Below, in pieces: positions 11,900-23,562 of a DNA stretch of 64,000 nt (positions are counted from its first letter, which is position 1; every line of letters starts with the position of its first letter). This DNA comes from Octopus sinensis (lineage: Eukaryota). The stretch spans positions 14,260,001-14,324,000 of the forward strand of contig NC_042999.1 in NCBI RefSeq assembly GCF_006345805.1. The letters run 5' to 3'. The notes under the pieces were generated by a model. That model was not told the DNA's origin. It searched no databases and saw only the letters and a program-made list of their open reading frames with translations. The position numbers were made by a program, and so were the translations under genes.

Positions 11900-11992
11900 A
11901 TGTATATACGTATATATATAAGTGTGTGTTTATATGTATATGTGTATCTATGTATGTATGTATGTAGGTATGTATGTATGTATGTATGTATG

Positions 11993-12030
<38 letters not shown>

Positions 12031-12090
12031 TTATTTTATTTATTAGGGAATAAAAATTCCGGCGTCACGATAAGGAGATATATGTTATTT

Positions 12091-12289
12091 AGAGATAGAA
12101 GTCCACATGCAATTCATCAAATTCTAAAATACATCACACCATATAAAAGAATTTTATTTTAATACTTACTAATCATTTCTAAATTCCTCCGCTACATCTA
12201 GAAATGATAAGTAAGTATTAAAATAAAATTCAATTATATGGTGTGATGTATTTTAGGATTTGATGAATTGCATGGGGACTTCTATCTCT
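12091..12289. repeat. Fold-back inverted repeat, ~90-bp arms, 17-nt loop
   Basis: Arms 12091-12181 and 12199-12289 differ at about 5 positions. Confidence 0.9.
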
Positions 12290-12339
12290 CTTTTAAAATT
12301 GCATTTTTAAACCTTCCTTCGTATATATATATATATAAA

Positions 12340-13208
12340 CAGGGTAGGAGAAAAGTAAGTAGGCATTAAAAATTGGTATTAAAACCCACTTCCCTTTTAC
12401 AAATTTATTGAAACAAATGATACATATTCTTTATTACATGGGAAAATGAAAGTAAATTTTTATATTTCAACGTAAGCACCGGTGGCGTCAACCAGTTTTG
12501 TCAAAAGGCCAGGGATGGAACTTCTGAAGGAGTTTGTCTGGGATATCATTGAGAATCTCCTGAATCCGTGTCTCCAAGTCCTCCAGTGTGCGTGGATTTG
12601 TCTTGTACACCTTTTTTTCTGTAACCCTACGGGTAAAACTTACGTGGAGTGAGATTTGGATTTCTTGGAGACCATTCATGAGGTCCACGTCATCCCACCA
12701 TGTTTTAATGAGATTTACACGGACGAAAATTCAATTCTTTATGCATCACCGTACATATTGTGTGTCTTGTTAGTCCAATTTCACGAGCTGCTTGACGTGT
12801 TGAGTTTTGTGGGCTGCGATTAAACATTTCCTTCACTGTTGCTATGTTCTCCGCTGATCGAGATGTGGTTGAGCGGGCACTTTTTGCATCGTTGACAAAG
12901 CCCGTGGTCATTAGCTTTGCGTGACGACTTTTTTTTTGTCTCCGGACGTAGTGTTGCATGCTTACCTTTCCATGCACGTCACCATCTCTGAATCAAAACA
13001 ATGGAATTCCACACTGCATAGCATGCTACTATCATAGCTCGCTCATGAACACTTAAGTGACGGGCATCTGGAAAATAAGAAATAAGATAATAAAATATAA
13101 GAAATCCTCATTAATGTTGTCTGTTTAAAAAATGTTTTCATCATGACTTCAGTGATACCAAAAATTCTATAAGCAATTTCCAATGCCTAGTTACTTTCCA
13201 CCCACTTT
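12340..13208 (-). mobile_element. Internally deleted Tc1/mariner (DD41D-like)
   Basis: Imperfect TIRs sharing AAAGTAA.TAGGCATT..AAATTG at 12340-12376 and 13174-13208. Remnants SAENIATVKEMFNRSPQNSTRQAAREIGL, RGPHEWSPRNP and KVYKTNPRTLEDLE. Confidence 0.8.
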
Positions 13209-13216
13209 ATATGTAT

Positions 13217-13254
<38 letters not shown>

Positions 13255-13256
<2 letters not shown>

Positions 13257-13736
13257 TGATCAAAATAAAAACATGATGCCAAGGATTCAGCGGTACATAT
13301 GTTTCGGGCCTTTATTAGACAGATTTATAACAATGCATAATGTATGTCTGTGGCCTTCTTCAGCCGCGCACAACAGCTTCCACAAGGACATGTGTTACAT
13401 CAAAAATTCTTGGTTGGGGATGCAAATCCTCTCATTCGCGTACGACATAATGCGGCAGCAGCATAGAATTGAAGCGTCCATCTCTTTCTTCTCTCGAGAG
13501 AAGAAAGAGATGGACGCTTCAATTCTATGCTGCTGCCGCATTATGTCGTACGCGAATGAGAGGATTTGCATCCCCAACCAAGAATTTTTGATGTAACACA
13601 TGTCCTTGTGGAAGCTGTTGTGCGCGGCTGAAGAAGGCCACAGACATACATTATGCATTGTTATAAATCTGTCTAATAAAGGCCCGAAACATGTGTACCG
13701 CTGAATCCTTGGCATCATGTTTTTATTTTGATCAAT
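13255..13736. repeat. 482-bp spacer-less palindrome (241-bp arms)
   Basis: Centre CTCTC|GAGAG at 13495/13496. Both strands give the same 107-aa translation except I/T, caused by T13298 versus G13693. Confidence 0.97.
13596..13696 (+). ncRNA. Candidate type III hammerhead ribozyme (mirror copy on minus strand at 13295-13395)
   Basis: Helix III ACACAUGU/ACAUGUGU (8 bp), GUC triplet at 13602-13604, CUGAAGA at 13628-13634, GGCC/GGCC helix II and GAAA at 13686-13689. Helix I is weak and the 10.1-11.1 pair is non-canonical. Confidence 0.45.
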
Positions 13737-13803
13737 TTACTCCACCACCTACACCACCAAACGGTATACACAGGTGCTTATAATTATCAAGTACTCACCC
13801 CGA

Positions 13804-13851
<48 letters not shown>

Positions 13852-13911
13852 AATTAGTAATGCAATACTAGAGTATTGCTTTCCAGTAAAGAATAGCCCG
13901 TGAGGGAAAAT

Positions 13912-14018
13912 TATACATAGAAGTAAATATATGGCACAACGAAGTACCGATATTTACTGGAAAATAGTGAACGTAAATATCGGTACTTCGTTGTGCCATA
14001 TATTTACTTCTATGTATA
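13912..14018. repeat. Perfect hairpin, 46-bp arms, 15-nt loop
   Basis: TATACATAGAAGTAAATATATGGCACAACGAAGTACCGATATTTAC and its exact reverse complement at 13973-14018. Confidence 0.95.
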
Positions 14019-14031
14019 TATATATATATAT

Positions 14032-14134
<103 letters not shown>

Positions 14135-14164
14135 TGTGTGTGTGTATATATATATAGTTGAAAT

Positions 14165-14325
14165 TTATAGAAAAACAAAAAAAACACAAAAGACGAAGAC
14201 ATGGACAATAAGCAAGTGTATTAGTTTGACGCGCAGGAATAATGAAAAGATCTTTTACGTTTCGAGCCTACGCTCTTCAACTGAAAGGAATAAGAAGAAA
14301 TAAACAAAGAGCGAATGAAAAAGAG
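14165..14325 (-). mobile_element. Short repeat related to 11650-11822
   Basis: Contains TCTTTTACGTTTCGAGCCTACGCTCTTC on the plus strand. Confidence 0.55.
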
Positions 14326-14385
14326 TTCAGCAGTCCAACATGGTGAATATATGTATGTATATATATATTTATATATATATTTATT

Positions 14386-14526
14386 CCGTCTACCAACTCC
14401 ACTCACAAAGCTTTGATCGGCTCGAGGCTCAATTTGAAGACACTTGCCCAAGCTGCCACACGGTAGGAATAAATCTGGAACCATGTGGTTGGGAAGCGAG
14501 CGCTTTACCACAGTCATGGCTGCGTT
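14386..14526 (-). mobile_element. SINE family A head, degraded
   Basis: GAAGACACTTGCCCAAG and GGAACCATGTGGTTGG motifs. Confidence 0.75.
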
Positions 14527-15509
14527 TGTTTGTGTGTCTGTGTGTGAGCGTGTGTGTAAGTATGTGAAGAATATTGAAAGGAATCAGAAAATCTTACATA
14601 CCTATACGCATGTGTTGTACAGAAGCCTAGTTATCCGCAGAATCTACCATAATATTGATTGTACGAAATCTTTAGGAATCGGTCTGTAATTCTGTTTATT
14701 TTACATGCGACACATATACAATAGACGCCAAATGGTCCTTGTAAGTAAACGTAATGAGCTTGTTTATGTTTTTGTATTATTACAATAAACAGCAGTAATA
14801 TATACCTGTATACGAAACACGCATGTACGAACAAATTGAAAAGAATTTAATAGGTAGCGTAGAGTTATTCTGTATATATGCTCGCATCGCTTCAGATCTC
14901 GTTATTCAGTGTTTCATGCCACGAAGCAATCCTCAAATAAGGATGTTTTTTAGTGGTATGTGCTCTGCTACGATCGACTGATATAGCTGGAGTTCTGCTG
15001 ACTGTTGTGGACTTTCAGTTGATTTCATCGAGTTTATCAGGTCGCTTAAGGTAGCATATATTCAACGAATTAATTTATTTACAGTGGTTCCTTATTATTT
15101 TTTTTAAAGAAATAAAGTTTATTTTCATGACAGTAATTGGACATGAACTCGGATTTTCTGTTTAAAATGTTTATTGTCTTAGCTAATATTTGGAATGTGT
15201 CGTTACTACAGAGACTGCAGAAACTTCTTTTGTTCATTTATTTGTTACTGTGGGCTAAAATGGACCTGAAATGTACATTAAGTTTTTATTTCTAGATCTA
15301 AGGGTGAATTTGTGATTCGTATAATGATCCTTTAAGAGGCCGCTATTACTTATCTGTGTGCTCTAAAGCTGAAATCACATCAGCTCATTCCGTCATGGTC
15401 TTGTGGAAATCACTAAACTACTCTAAAAACACATTTAGAAATTGAAATACAAGCGAGGAAAAAATCTCATGGATGATGTTAGATCAGACACATATGTTAA
15501 AAAAATATC

Positions 15510-16290
15510 CAATTTTCCGTCAAAACTAATGCCGTGTGGGCAAAATCCTTTGGGTGGAAGGTGACACCACCCTTTCTATGCAAGCGACAAAACTTTCACG
15601 CCCACAGGCTGCGTCAGTACCCAGCCGTTACACCTGGAATACAGACGTATAGTACTCACTTGTCGGACTTTTGTTTTTACTAAACGCATCGAGCAGAGAT
15701 ATTGCATCAAGTTTTGCCAAAAGCTTGGTGATACTCAAGCTCAAACCATCCATGGACAAAACTCAGATCAAGGAGCGGTACAACCGCTTCAAACATAGCT
15801 GCAACTCAGAAGAGAGCGAGGCACCCTCAGGCAGGTTATCTAGGTTCGGTGAATAGTTATGAAAGAATGTAACAATCCAAGAACTTGCTAACGAACTGGG
15901 AATAAGCTCAGGATCAGTGCATCTTTGAGAAATAATAAAAGGGTTGCAGCTTCTGTTTACAGGAAAACTCCACATCAGCAGTCACCTTATCAGAATGTTA
16001 AATAAAAGAAGTCATTTCGATTTGCCGACACATACTCAAGTTCATACTCAGGAATTGCAAACACGACTTCCTGGTTTGAAAAACCAGCTAGTTTTTTGAT
16101 GGAGTTTCTCTATACGTCTCCATTGAAGTCTAATGTCGCAACTTTCTGGTGTTTGAGAGAAGACAAGCAAAAATCTTCTAACTTTACACCATCTAGAGTC
16201 TAAAGTCTCTTCTCCAACTCTAAACTGACGTGTACAATCAGCCGAGGTACCAATCGAACTAAATTGCAAAAATGGACGTTTATCATACAA
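15510..16290 (+). pseudogene. Degraded, internally deleted mariner transposase
   Basis: TKRIEQRYCIKFCQKLGDTQAQTI ... QIKERYNRFKHSCNSEESEAPSGRLS matches the mariner N-terminus; faint C-terminal remnant near 16150-16270. Confidence 0.75.
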
Positions 16291-16378
16291 TATTTAACCC
16301 TGTTTATTTCACACTAATTAACACACAGACACATACCACACAGACGCGCACATGCACACGCACGCACAAACACACACG

Positions 16379-16410
<32 letters not shown>

Positions 16411-17065
16411 CACACACACTCCTTCGCTTTCCCACATTTCTCTCTCACATGTATATTATGTAATGTATGTACATGTGTTTGTCTGTGCGTGCATGTATGT
16501 GTGTGTATGTGATCCTGTTTTTAACGTTAATTGTAGGAAAATAGTGAAAGAAAGTAGAACAAACGTGCCCCACGGGATACTTGAAAGAATATTTAACAGT
16601 AAAGTGGGATTCCATTATAATATACTGTCTCATTAACATTCTTTATACTCGGATTATGATGGCAGCTGGGTGGGGCCGTAGAGCGAATATTGAAGATAAA
16701 AATCATAATTTATTTAGTTAAGACAACAAACATAATCTGGTGTGTCTCTCACAAATTATCTTTTATTGTCTTTTTATGACATTATATAACACCCAAATAT
16801 AACCCATGGGTGTGTGTGTGTGTGCGTGTGTGTGTGTGTGTTTTAACTTCAGTTATGACAGAAACTATTTTACATTAATCTCAAAAGGTTACTTTATATT
16901 TTTGTGGAATAGAAAGTTATTATTCTTATACAAGAATATTATTTATTGTAACTTCGAAGTTTTGACCAGATGAACCATCGTCTTAGGTGGCTTAGGTGGC
17001 CGAAGTCATTATCAACAACATTCTTGTGCGTACGTGTATGTGTGTGTGTGTGTCTGTGTGTGTGT

Positions 17066-17175
<110 letters not shown>

Positions 17176-17181
17176 GTATAT

Positions 17182-17390
17182 AGTTAGTTAATCCAAACAA
17201 GAAAGCACAAAAATACACAACAACGCGAGGACGTGGAACAATTATAGTATTATTGGACGCTCAGGAAAGAAGGAAAGAAGGAGGGTTTAACGTTTCGAGC
17301 AGAGCTCTTCGTCGGAAACATAGGAGAAGGAAAGATCCAGAGAAGGGAAGACAGAGGTAAAAAATCGCCAACGGTACACACGAGGTCACA
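17182..17390 (-). mobile_element. Short repeat with hammerhead-like motif, copy 2
   Basis: Reverse complement of 10638-10825. Confidence 0.6.
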
Positions 17391-17391
17391 T

Positions 17392-17464
<73 letters not shown>

Positions 17465-17481
17465 CAGACAGATATATATAT

Positions 17482-17567
<86 letters not shown>

Positions 17568-17639
17568 TATACATGCATATCTATACATGTAGTGCGCACA
17601 CACACATATATATGCATATAGAAAAAAATAGGACAAAAA

Positions 17640-18350
17640 CGCAGTATGCAGTTTATATCACTAGTTCTCTACGCCCGTTTCGCCATTGTAACTGTTTGCA
17701 TCTTCTGCAATAGTGCGATCTGTAAGGACTGAGAAATACATTTAACCGTTCATTTTACAAATTCATGGATAAGGAAATTATATCAAAATTGAATGTCATA
17801 TGATTGGTTACGATAGGAATGTACTTTTACCATTGGGGATGACATCAGATGATGTAATGCTGTGTTACATTATGTTCGTACAAAACAAATGCTCTTGTTC
17901 AGTATTAACGTAATGTTTAGGATCATTCTATCTTATTTTTAGAGGTTAGCCATCTAGTACCACGTTGTCTAACTGGTGCACCCTTTCTAAAGACGTTTTT
18001 AAGGTGATTTTTTTGTTATTTCCTGCAGGTTGTATGGAAATAAGAGGGGATAGATTAGAGTAGTGTCGGGTAGCCTTTTATCTCCTAGGGCTAAGAGAAG
18101 AAACTGTCGGGACCTTTTATTTTATAAATGCATGGATAAGTAAATTATATTAAAATAGAGTGTTACTCGTCAATTGATAGATTATGACAGGAATGTACTT
18201 TTGCCACTAGAGATGATAACAAGTGGTGCTACTTAGATAGGTATGAGAGGTTTTGGCGCAGTCATTTCAGTACCACCTGTTTGGCGTAGCTGATTCGACG
18301 CTGACTTATTTGACATCATATGTTTTAATGTTTTTCTCTTTCTCTCTCTT
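17640..18350 (-). pseudogene. Very degraded LINE RT-region remnant (CR1/L2-like)
   Basis: Only faint motifs: a GPD at about 18100 and a DRTI(L)LQKMQ-like string near 17700. Weak call. Confidence 0.3.
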
Positions 18351-18757
18351 TGTGCTTAATTAGCATTTCTAATGTCTCTCTCTCATCTCGCTCTCACTCT
18401 TTCTATATTCCTGCGTGTATTTCTCCCAAAAAGTGCTGTCGTTAAAACAGGCTGAATATCCAGTCAGTCGTGCCCAATCGCCAGCGTCCAAACAGCTGCA
18501 CCCAATTGTCTCATACTGTGCTTTAGATACAGTAATTAAGCTAGAAGAATAGTTGAGAGCGCTGGAATAAATATCTTGTGGTATTCATTTCGGATCTTCG
18601 TGCCCTGGCATCCATTCCTCTCGAAGGTGATTTTGCTTTTCGCGACTTCGGGGTCGATAAGATGAAGTACCGGTCAAATACTGGGATTGGTGGTGTCGAC
18701 TAATCCTTCCCTGCCTAATTTGTTTACCTTGCGCCTAAATAAGAAACAAATAATTAT

Positions 18758-19105
18758 AGTTAGTTGTTTCGTCGTCGTTGACGATGATGACCAAGAACAT
18801 CACATGGGAGAAGACGGGACGGGATGTGTCCGTCTGTGGCTAATCAGTTCGGTGCGTGCTCGGAAGGTTCTTCCGCAGGTCAGGCATTGGTGGTCTGTCG
18901 GAACTAAAGGCTAGGAGTTGGGTTTGAACTTGTGTAGTTGGCGTTTTCTTTGTGCCCCTGAAATCTTTTTCTGTTCGTAGGAAATGGCATTTCTGTTGGT
19001 GCAACTTTGTCAGGAAGGGCGGTCTTGTACTTTCATTTCTCTGATGTTAGGGTTGATCTCAATGTTCTTCAGTGAGGCCTTGAGTGCGTCCTTGAAGCAT
19101 TTTGA
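18758..19105 (-). mobile_element. RTE-clade LINE 3' end
   Basis: KCFKDALKASLKNIEINP..QDRPS..SYEQKR..CLTCGRTFRARTELISHRRTH (C2H2 finger), then a short tail ending CGACGACGAAACAAC. Confidence 0.88.
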
Positions 19106-19511
19106 TTAAAATACTGGTGTGCATAACATTTATAATGTGCATAGAAATGTAGAACAGTAGTTGCCATTGTATGTTGTTTCAGAGATTCTTCTCAAAGAGA
19201 CGTTTAAAAAACCCAGGGATTCGTTCGCTATCCCTGTGGATCACCAGATACTTTGTTTCCACTGAATTTAGTCTCTTCAACGGCGGCTGCCTCAAACATT
19301 CGGATCCAAGTTGAAAATGCTTGTTTCGATATACAAATCCGTTAATAAAACATTTACTGTTCTTTTGATATCTAAGTCTCTTTGAGAAGTTTCTCCATGA
19401 TAAAATGTTAGAGTTAGAACCATTCTACATTTATATATACGTTATAAATGTTATACACGCCAGTATTTTTATCTAACGTTGTTTCAAGCTCATGTATACA
19501 TATACACATAC

Positions 19512-19542
<31 letters not shown>

Positions 19543-20672
19543 CATACATACATACATACATACATACATACATACATGTATTCACAAGACTATCCTATTT
19601 GATTTAGTTAAAATACCATTGAAAGAATTTTGCTACTATTTTGAAACAATTTTGCCCATTGTTGTATGTATGTATGTATGTATGTATGTATGTATGTATG
19701 TATGTATGTATGTAGATAAAGCCCCTTGTGGGTAGTAAATAAATAGGTAGGTAGATAATATATACATACATATGTGTACAAGAAAATACAAAGATGTGCA
19801 CATGTACACCTGGGTGCGGACAAGGTTGAGTTTACGTATGCATATATTTACGCAATAATCATAATTTATGACAAAACATGGTAGATTGTATTTTGCAGTC
19901 AGATCAGATTCCTCGCCTTTTGCGTGACCTTATGTGACACCAACATTGGGTATTACGCATACAGATAATTGTTTAAGCTTTAAAGCATAAATCCTTAAAA
20001 TCCTTAAATCCTTAAAAATGTTTTAGCCCGAAGGCCGCAGCCATGCTGGCACCGCATAAATCACATTTTTTTTTTAGCTTCGACGTTAAATTCGAATGTA
20101 GGCAAAATTTCACCCACGGACAACAATACCCCAATAGCAGTAGTCTTCTCTTTGAACCCGATACCTCTTCAAAATATAAGTGATATTCAGGCAACAATGG
20201 GACCTGACATACGTCCCATTGTAAGGGTGGCCAGACGGCAGAAAATGCATCATAGACCAACTGACTACATAAATTACGGTGTTTTATTCTGGACCCTTTC
20301 AGTTCCTAAATACCTTTCATCCTACCCAAGTCGATAATATAAAAGAAGTACCAGAACTATCCTGGCAGCCAATGAAATCGATTGTACTCCAGCACCATTG
20401 CCATTATTCCACAATTGGTATTGCTGCAATATAGAAAGGAAAAGCTATTAAAACAACAACGAAATGGGAATTCAATAAAGCATAGAAAGAATTCTAACAA
20501 AGCTTAGAAGGAATAAGTAAACATTCTTATTTTTCTCTCAGTAAAATGCAACTAGCGTCTTCTATCCACTATGTAAATGGATCTGCGTCGGTCTCTACGA
20601 GTTTTCCAATTTTTGAAGCAACGATACAGCCAACTTATTGAATTAATGTGTAATATTATTCGTATTAATAAT

Positions 20673-20953
20673 GTGGCGATCTGGCAGAATAGTTACCGCG
20701 ACATTTCTTCCCGTTTTACGTTGTGAGTTCAAATGCCGCCAAGCTTGCTTTTACCTTTCATCCTTTCGAGGGTCGATAAAATAAGTACCAGTTAAACACC
20801 AGGCACAATATATACGACATCCCGTAAGGATGTAACACGAAGTCGACCTCGGAGTAATCTGAACTCAGAACATAAAGACGGGCGAAATACCGCTAAACAC
20901 TTTTCCCGGCGTGCTAGCGAGTCTGCCAGCTCGCCATCTTAATAATAATAATG

Positions 20954-21010
<57 letters not shown>

Positions 21011-21420
21011 TAATAATAGTTTCAAATTTAAGCACAATTCCAACAGCTTTAATGGAGGATTTTAGTCGATTATATCAACTTCACTACTAGATTGGTACTT
21101 TATTTTGTGGACGGTAAAGTTGATCCCGGGAAAATTTGAACTCAGAATGTAACGAGGGAAAGGAAATACTGGCCAACCATTTTAATTATATCAACTGCAC
21201 TACTAGATTGGTACTTTATTTTGTGAACGGTAAAGTTGATCCCGGGAAAATTTGAACTCAGAATGTAACGAGGGAAAGGAAATACTGGCCAACCATTTTA
21301 ATGGGAGGTTGTTTGTCGATGCCATCGATCCCCTTACTTGATCAATACTTTAATTTATCGACCTCCGAAGGGTGAAAAGCAAAGATGATATCGGCAGGAT
21401 TTGATCGCAGAACGTAATGC
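20673..21420. mobile_element. Cluster of SINE B copies in both orientations around an (AAT)n tract
   Basis: Plus copy 20673-20810, minus copy 20835-20940, (AAT)n 20940-21017, and minus copies 21020-21420 with a 116-bp tandem duplication. Confidence 0.75.
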
Positions 21421-21465
21421 ATTGGAAGAAATACCGCCATATAGAAGAATGTATGCATGTATGTA

Positions 21466-21583
21466 TGTTTTCGTTTTATTTTACGAATTTTTCCCCAATG
21501 GAGAAAAGGCTGGGTTTCTAGCCTAGGAAAAAGACTCTTTTGGTATTTAGACAAATTCAAACAGGGTTACAGGGTTAGACTTG

Positions 21584-21590
<7 letters not shown>
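21466..21590 (-). mobile_element. Short terminal fragment embedded in (TACA)n; related to 62337-62435
   Basis: Shares TTTTATTT...CCAAT.GAGAAA.G..C.GG.TTTCTA.CCTAGG with 62337-62400; (TATG)n on both flanks. Confidence 0.55.
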
Positions 21591-21617
<27 letters not shown>

Positions 21618-21673
21618 TGTATGTATGTATGTATGTATGAGTGTAAGTTGACAAGAAAATATATACATGCAGA

Positions 21674-22055
21674 GGCGCAGGAGTGGCTGTGTGGTAAGTA
21701 GCTTGCTCACCAACCACATGGTTCCGGGTTCAGTCTCACTGCGTGGCACCTTGGGTAAGTGCCTTCTTCTATGGCCTCGGACCGACCGAAGCCTTGTGAG
21801 TGGAGTTGGTAGACGGAAACTGAAAGAAGCCGGTCATATACATATATATGTGTGTGTGTGTGTGTTTCTGTGTCTGTACTTGCCCCCCCCCCACCATGCT
21901 TGACAACCGATGCTGGTGTCTTTACGTCCCCGTAACTTAGCGGTTCGGCAAAAAAAAAACGATTGACAAAGAATAAGTCCTGGGGTCGATTTCTTCGACT
22001 AAAGGCGGTGTTCCAGCATGGCCACAGTCAAATGACTGAAACAAATAGAAGAAAA
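21674..22055 (+). mobile_element. SINE family A, full length
   Basis: Head, internal (TG)n, and tail ...CAGCATGGCCACAGTCAAATGACTGAAAC. Confidence 0.9.
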
Positions 22056-22375
22056 TATATACATAGATTTGTGCACATATGCACATTGACTCAGTCCTAG
22101 ATGACGTTACGTATATGGATCTTATTACACACTAAACTTCCTGAATGTTTTACATTGATTGGTCTTTTGATAGTTTTTGACTTCTATCTTCTGACTAAGC
22201 ATGTTCTTTCTAGTTTTGTGAATTCCAGCTTCTCAATATTGGTACTAAGGCTACGTAGACAATTGCTGCAAGTCACGTAGCCATCTGCTCCAATAATTAT
22301 TGGTAGAAATTATAACCGGGATGGAATAACTACAAATGTCTTATCAGTTTGGCATAGATGTTATCCATCTCACTC

Positions 22376-22441
<66 letters not shown>

Positions 22442-22449
22442 CATTATCA

Positions 22450-22505
<56 letters not shown>

Positions 22506-23058
22506 GAGTGAGAGAGCAGTGCATGCCATCAAAGTGACACTGGGGTAAAATATACGAAGCCCAATATACCATCATGACTACCCGTCTGATAAAGGTACAC
22601 CAGGCACATGCATCACAACCATATGTGCGCGACATGGTGATCTCATATCAAGATAACAGCACATGACCTTGCAGGTGGGGCCCAGTTAGAATTTTCTTCA
22701 AGTTGAGTAGCCCATCCCGCTCAAACGGTCCCTGAATAAGGGTTGTTTAAGGATGTTGAAAGAACCACCCATGTTTCCAGAGGTGAACTATTCAAACCCC
22801 AAAGAATCCCTCTCAACACATGGCTATGATGCTCCCCCACTACTTCTGCTCGTGATCAGAGATGCACATATTGTCAGCCACTAAGGGACATGCTCAACTG
22901 GTTAAGGTCAAACAACTGACAAGCAAATCTGTGGTATTGAGCAGAATATTTGCTGTAGCCCATCTTTTATACCAAGACAAAACAATGTACATGATAACAC
23001 TTCCAATCAGTTAAGATCAGAAGCCATGAGAGCCACTGCCTGGTACTGCATCAGGGCA
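22506..23058 (-). mobile_element. 553-bp non-coding element flanked by (TAA)n
   Basis: Bounded by (TTA)n on both sides; further copies at 23109-23233 (internally deleted) and 34239-34734. Confidence 0.8.
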
Positions 23059-23108
23059 TTTATTATTATTATTATTATATTATTATTATTAATATTATTA
23101 TTATTATT

Positions 23109-23233
23109 GAGTGAGAGAGCAGTGCATGCCATCAAAGTGACACTGGGGTAAAATATATGAATCCCAGTATATCTATCATGACTACCTGGCTGATAAGGAT
23201 ACACCAGGTACATGCATCTTTTATACCAAGACA
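23109..23233 (-). mobile_element. Internally deleted copy of the 553-bp element
   Basis: First ~110 bp match 22506-22615, then jump through CATC microhomology to TTTTATACCAAGACA. Confidence 0.75.
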
Positions 23234-23246
23234 TTATTATATCAAG

Positions 23247-23291
<45 letters not shown>

Positions 23292-23562
23292 TAGTTTTAT
23301 TTTTATAGCGTGCTTTCACTTCACTACCGAGCGCAGCTCTGTGTGCCTTGGGTATGTGCTGTGATTTGTTGTGATGCTCTGATGGTTATTGTATGGAAAG
23401 TGTTCTGCGTAGGATGTGTGCAGTGCCTAGTAGTGCAATTTTCTGTATGTTATATGTGTTTGTAAGTCCTGGTGTTTTTGTTATGTATTTGTCTGAATAT
23501 TTTTTTTCATGCCTAATGCACCTACTATGATAGGAATTGTTTCTGTTTTCAGATTCCACATT

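Noticed and set aside
13183-13718. Two opposing ORFs encoding an almost identical 107-aa peptide
   Set aside because: This follows automatically from the palindrome; no recognisable domain.
22980-23058. HDV-like ribozyme at the 5' end of the 553-bp element
   Set aside because: A P3/L3-like GGC-UCUCAUG-GCU and a bulged P1 can be drawn, but P1.1, P4 and J4/2 could not be placed.
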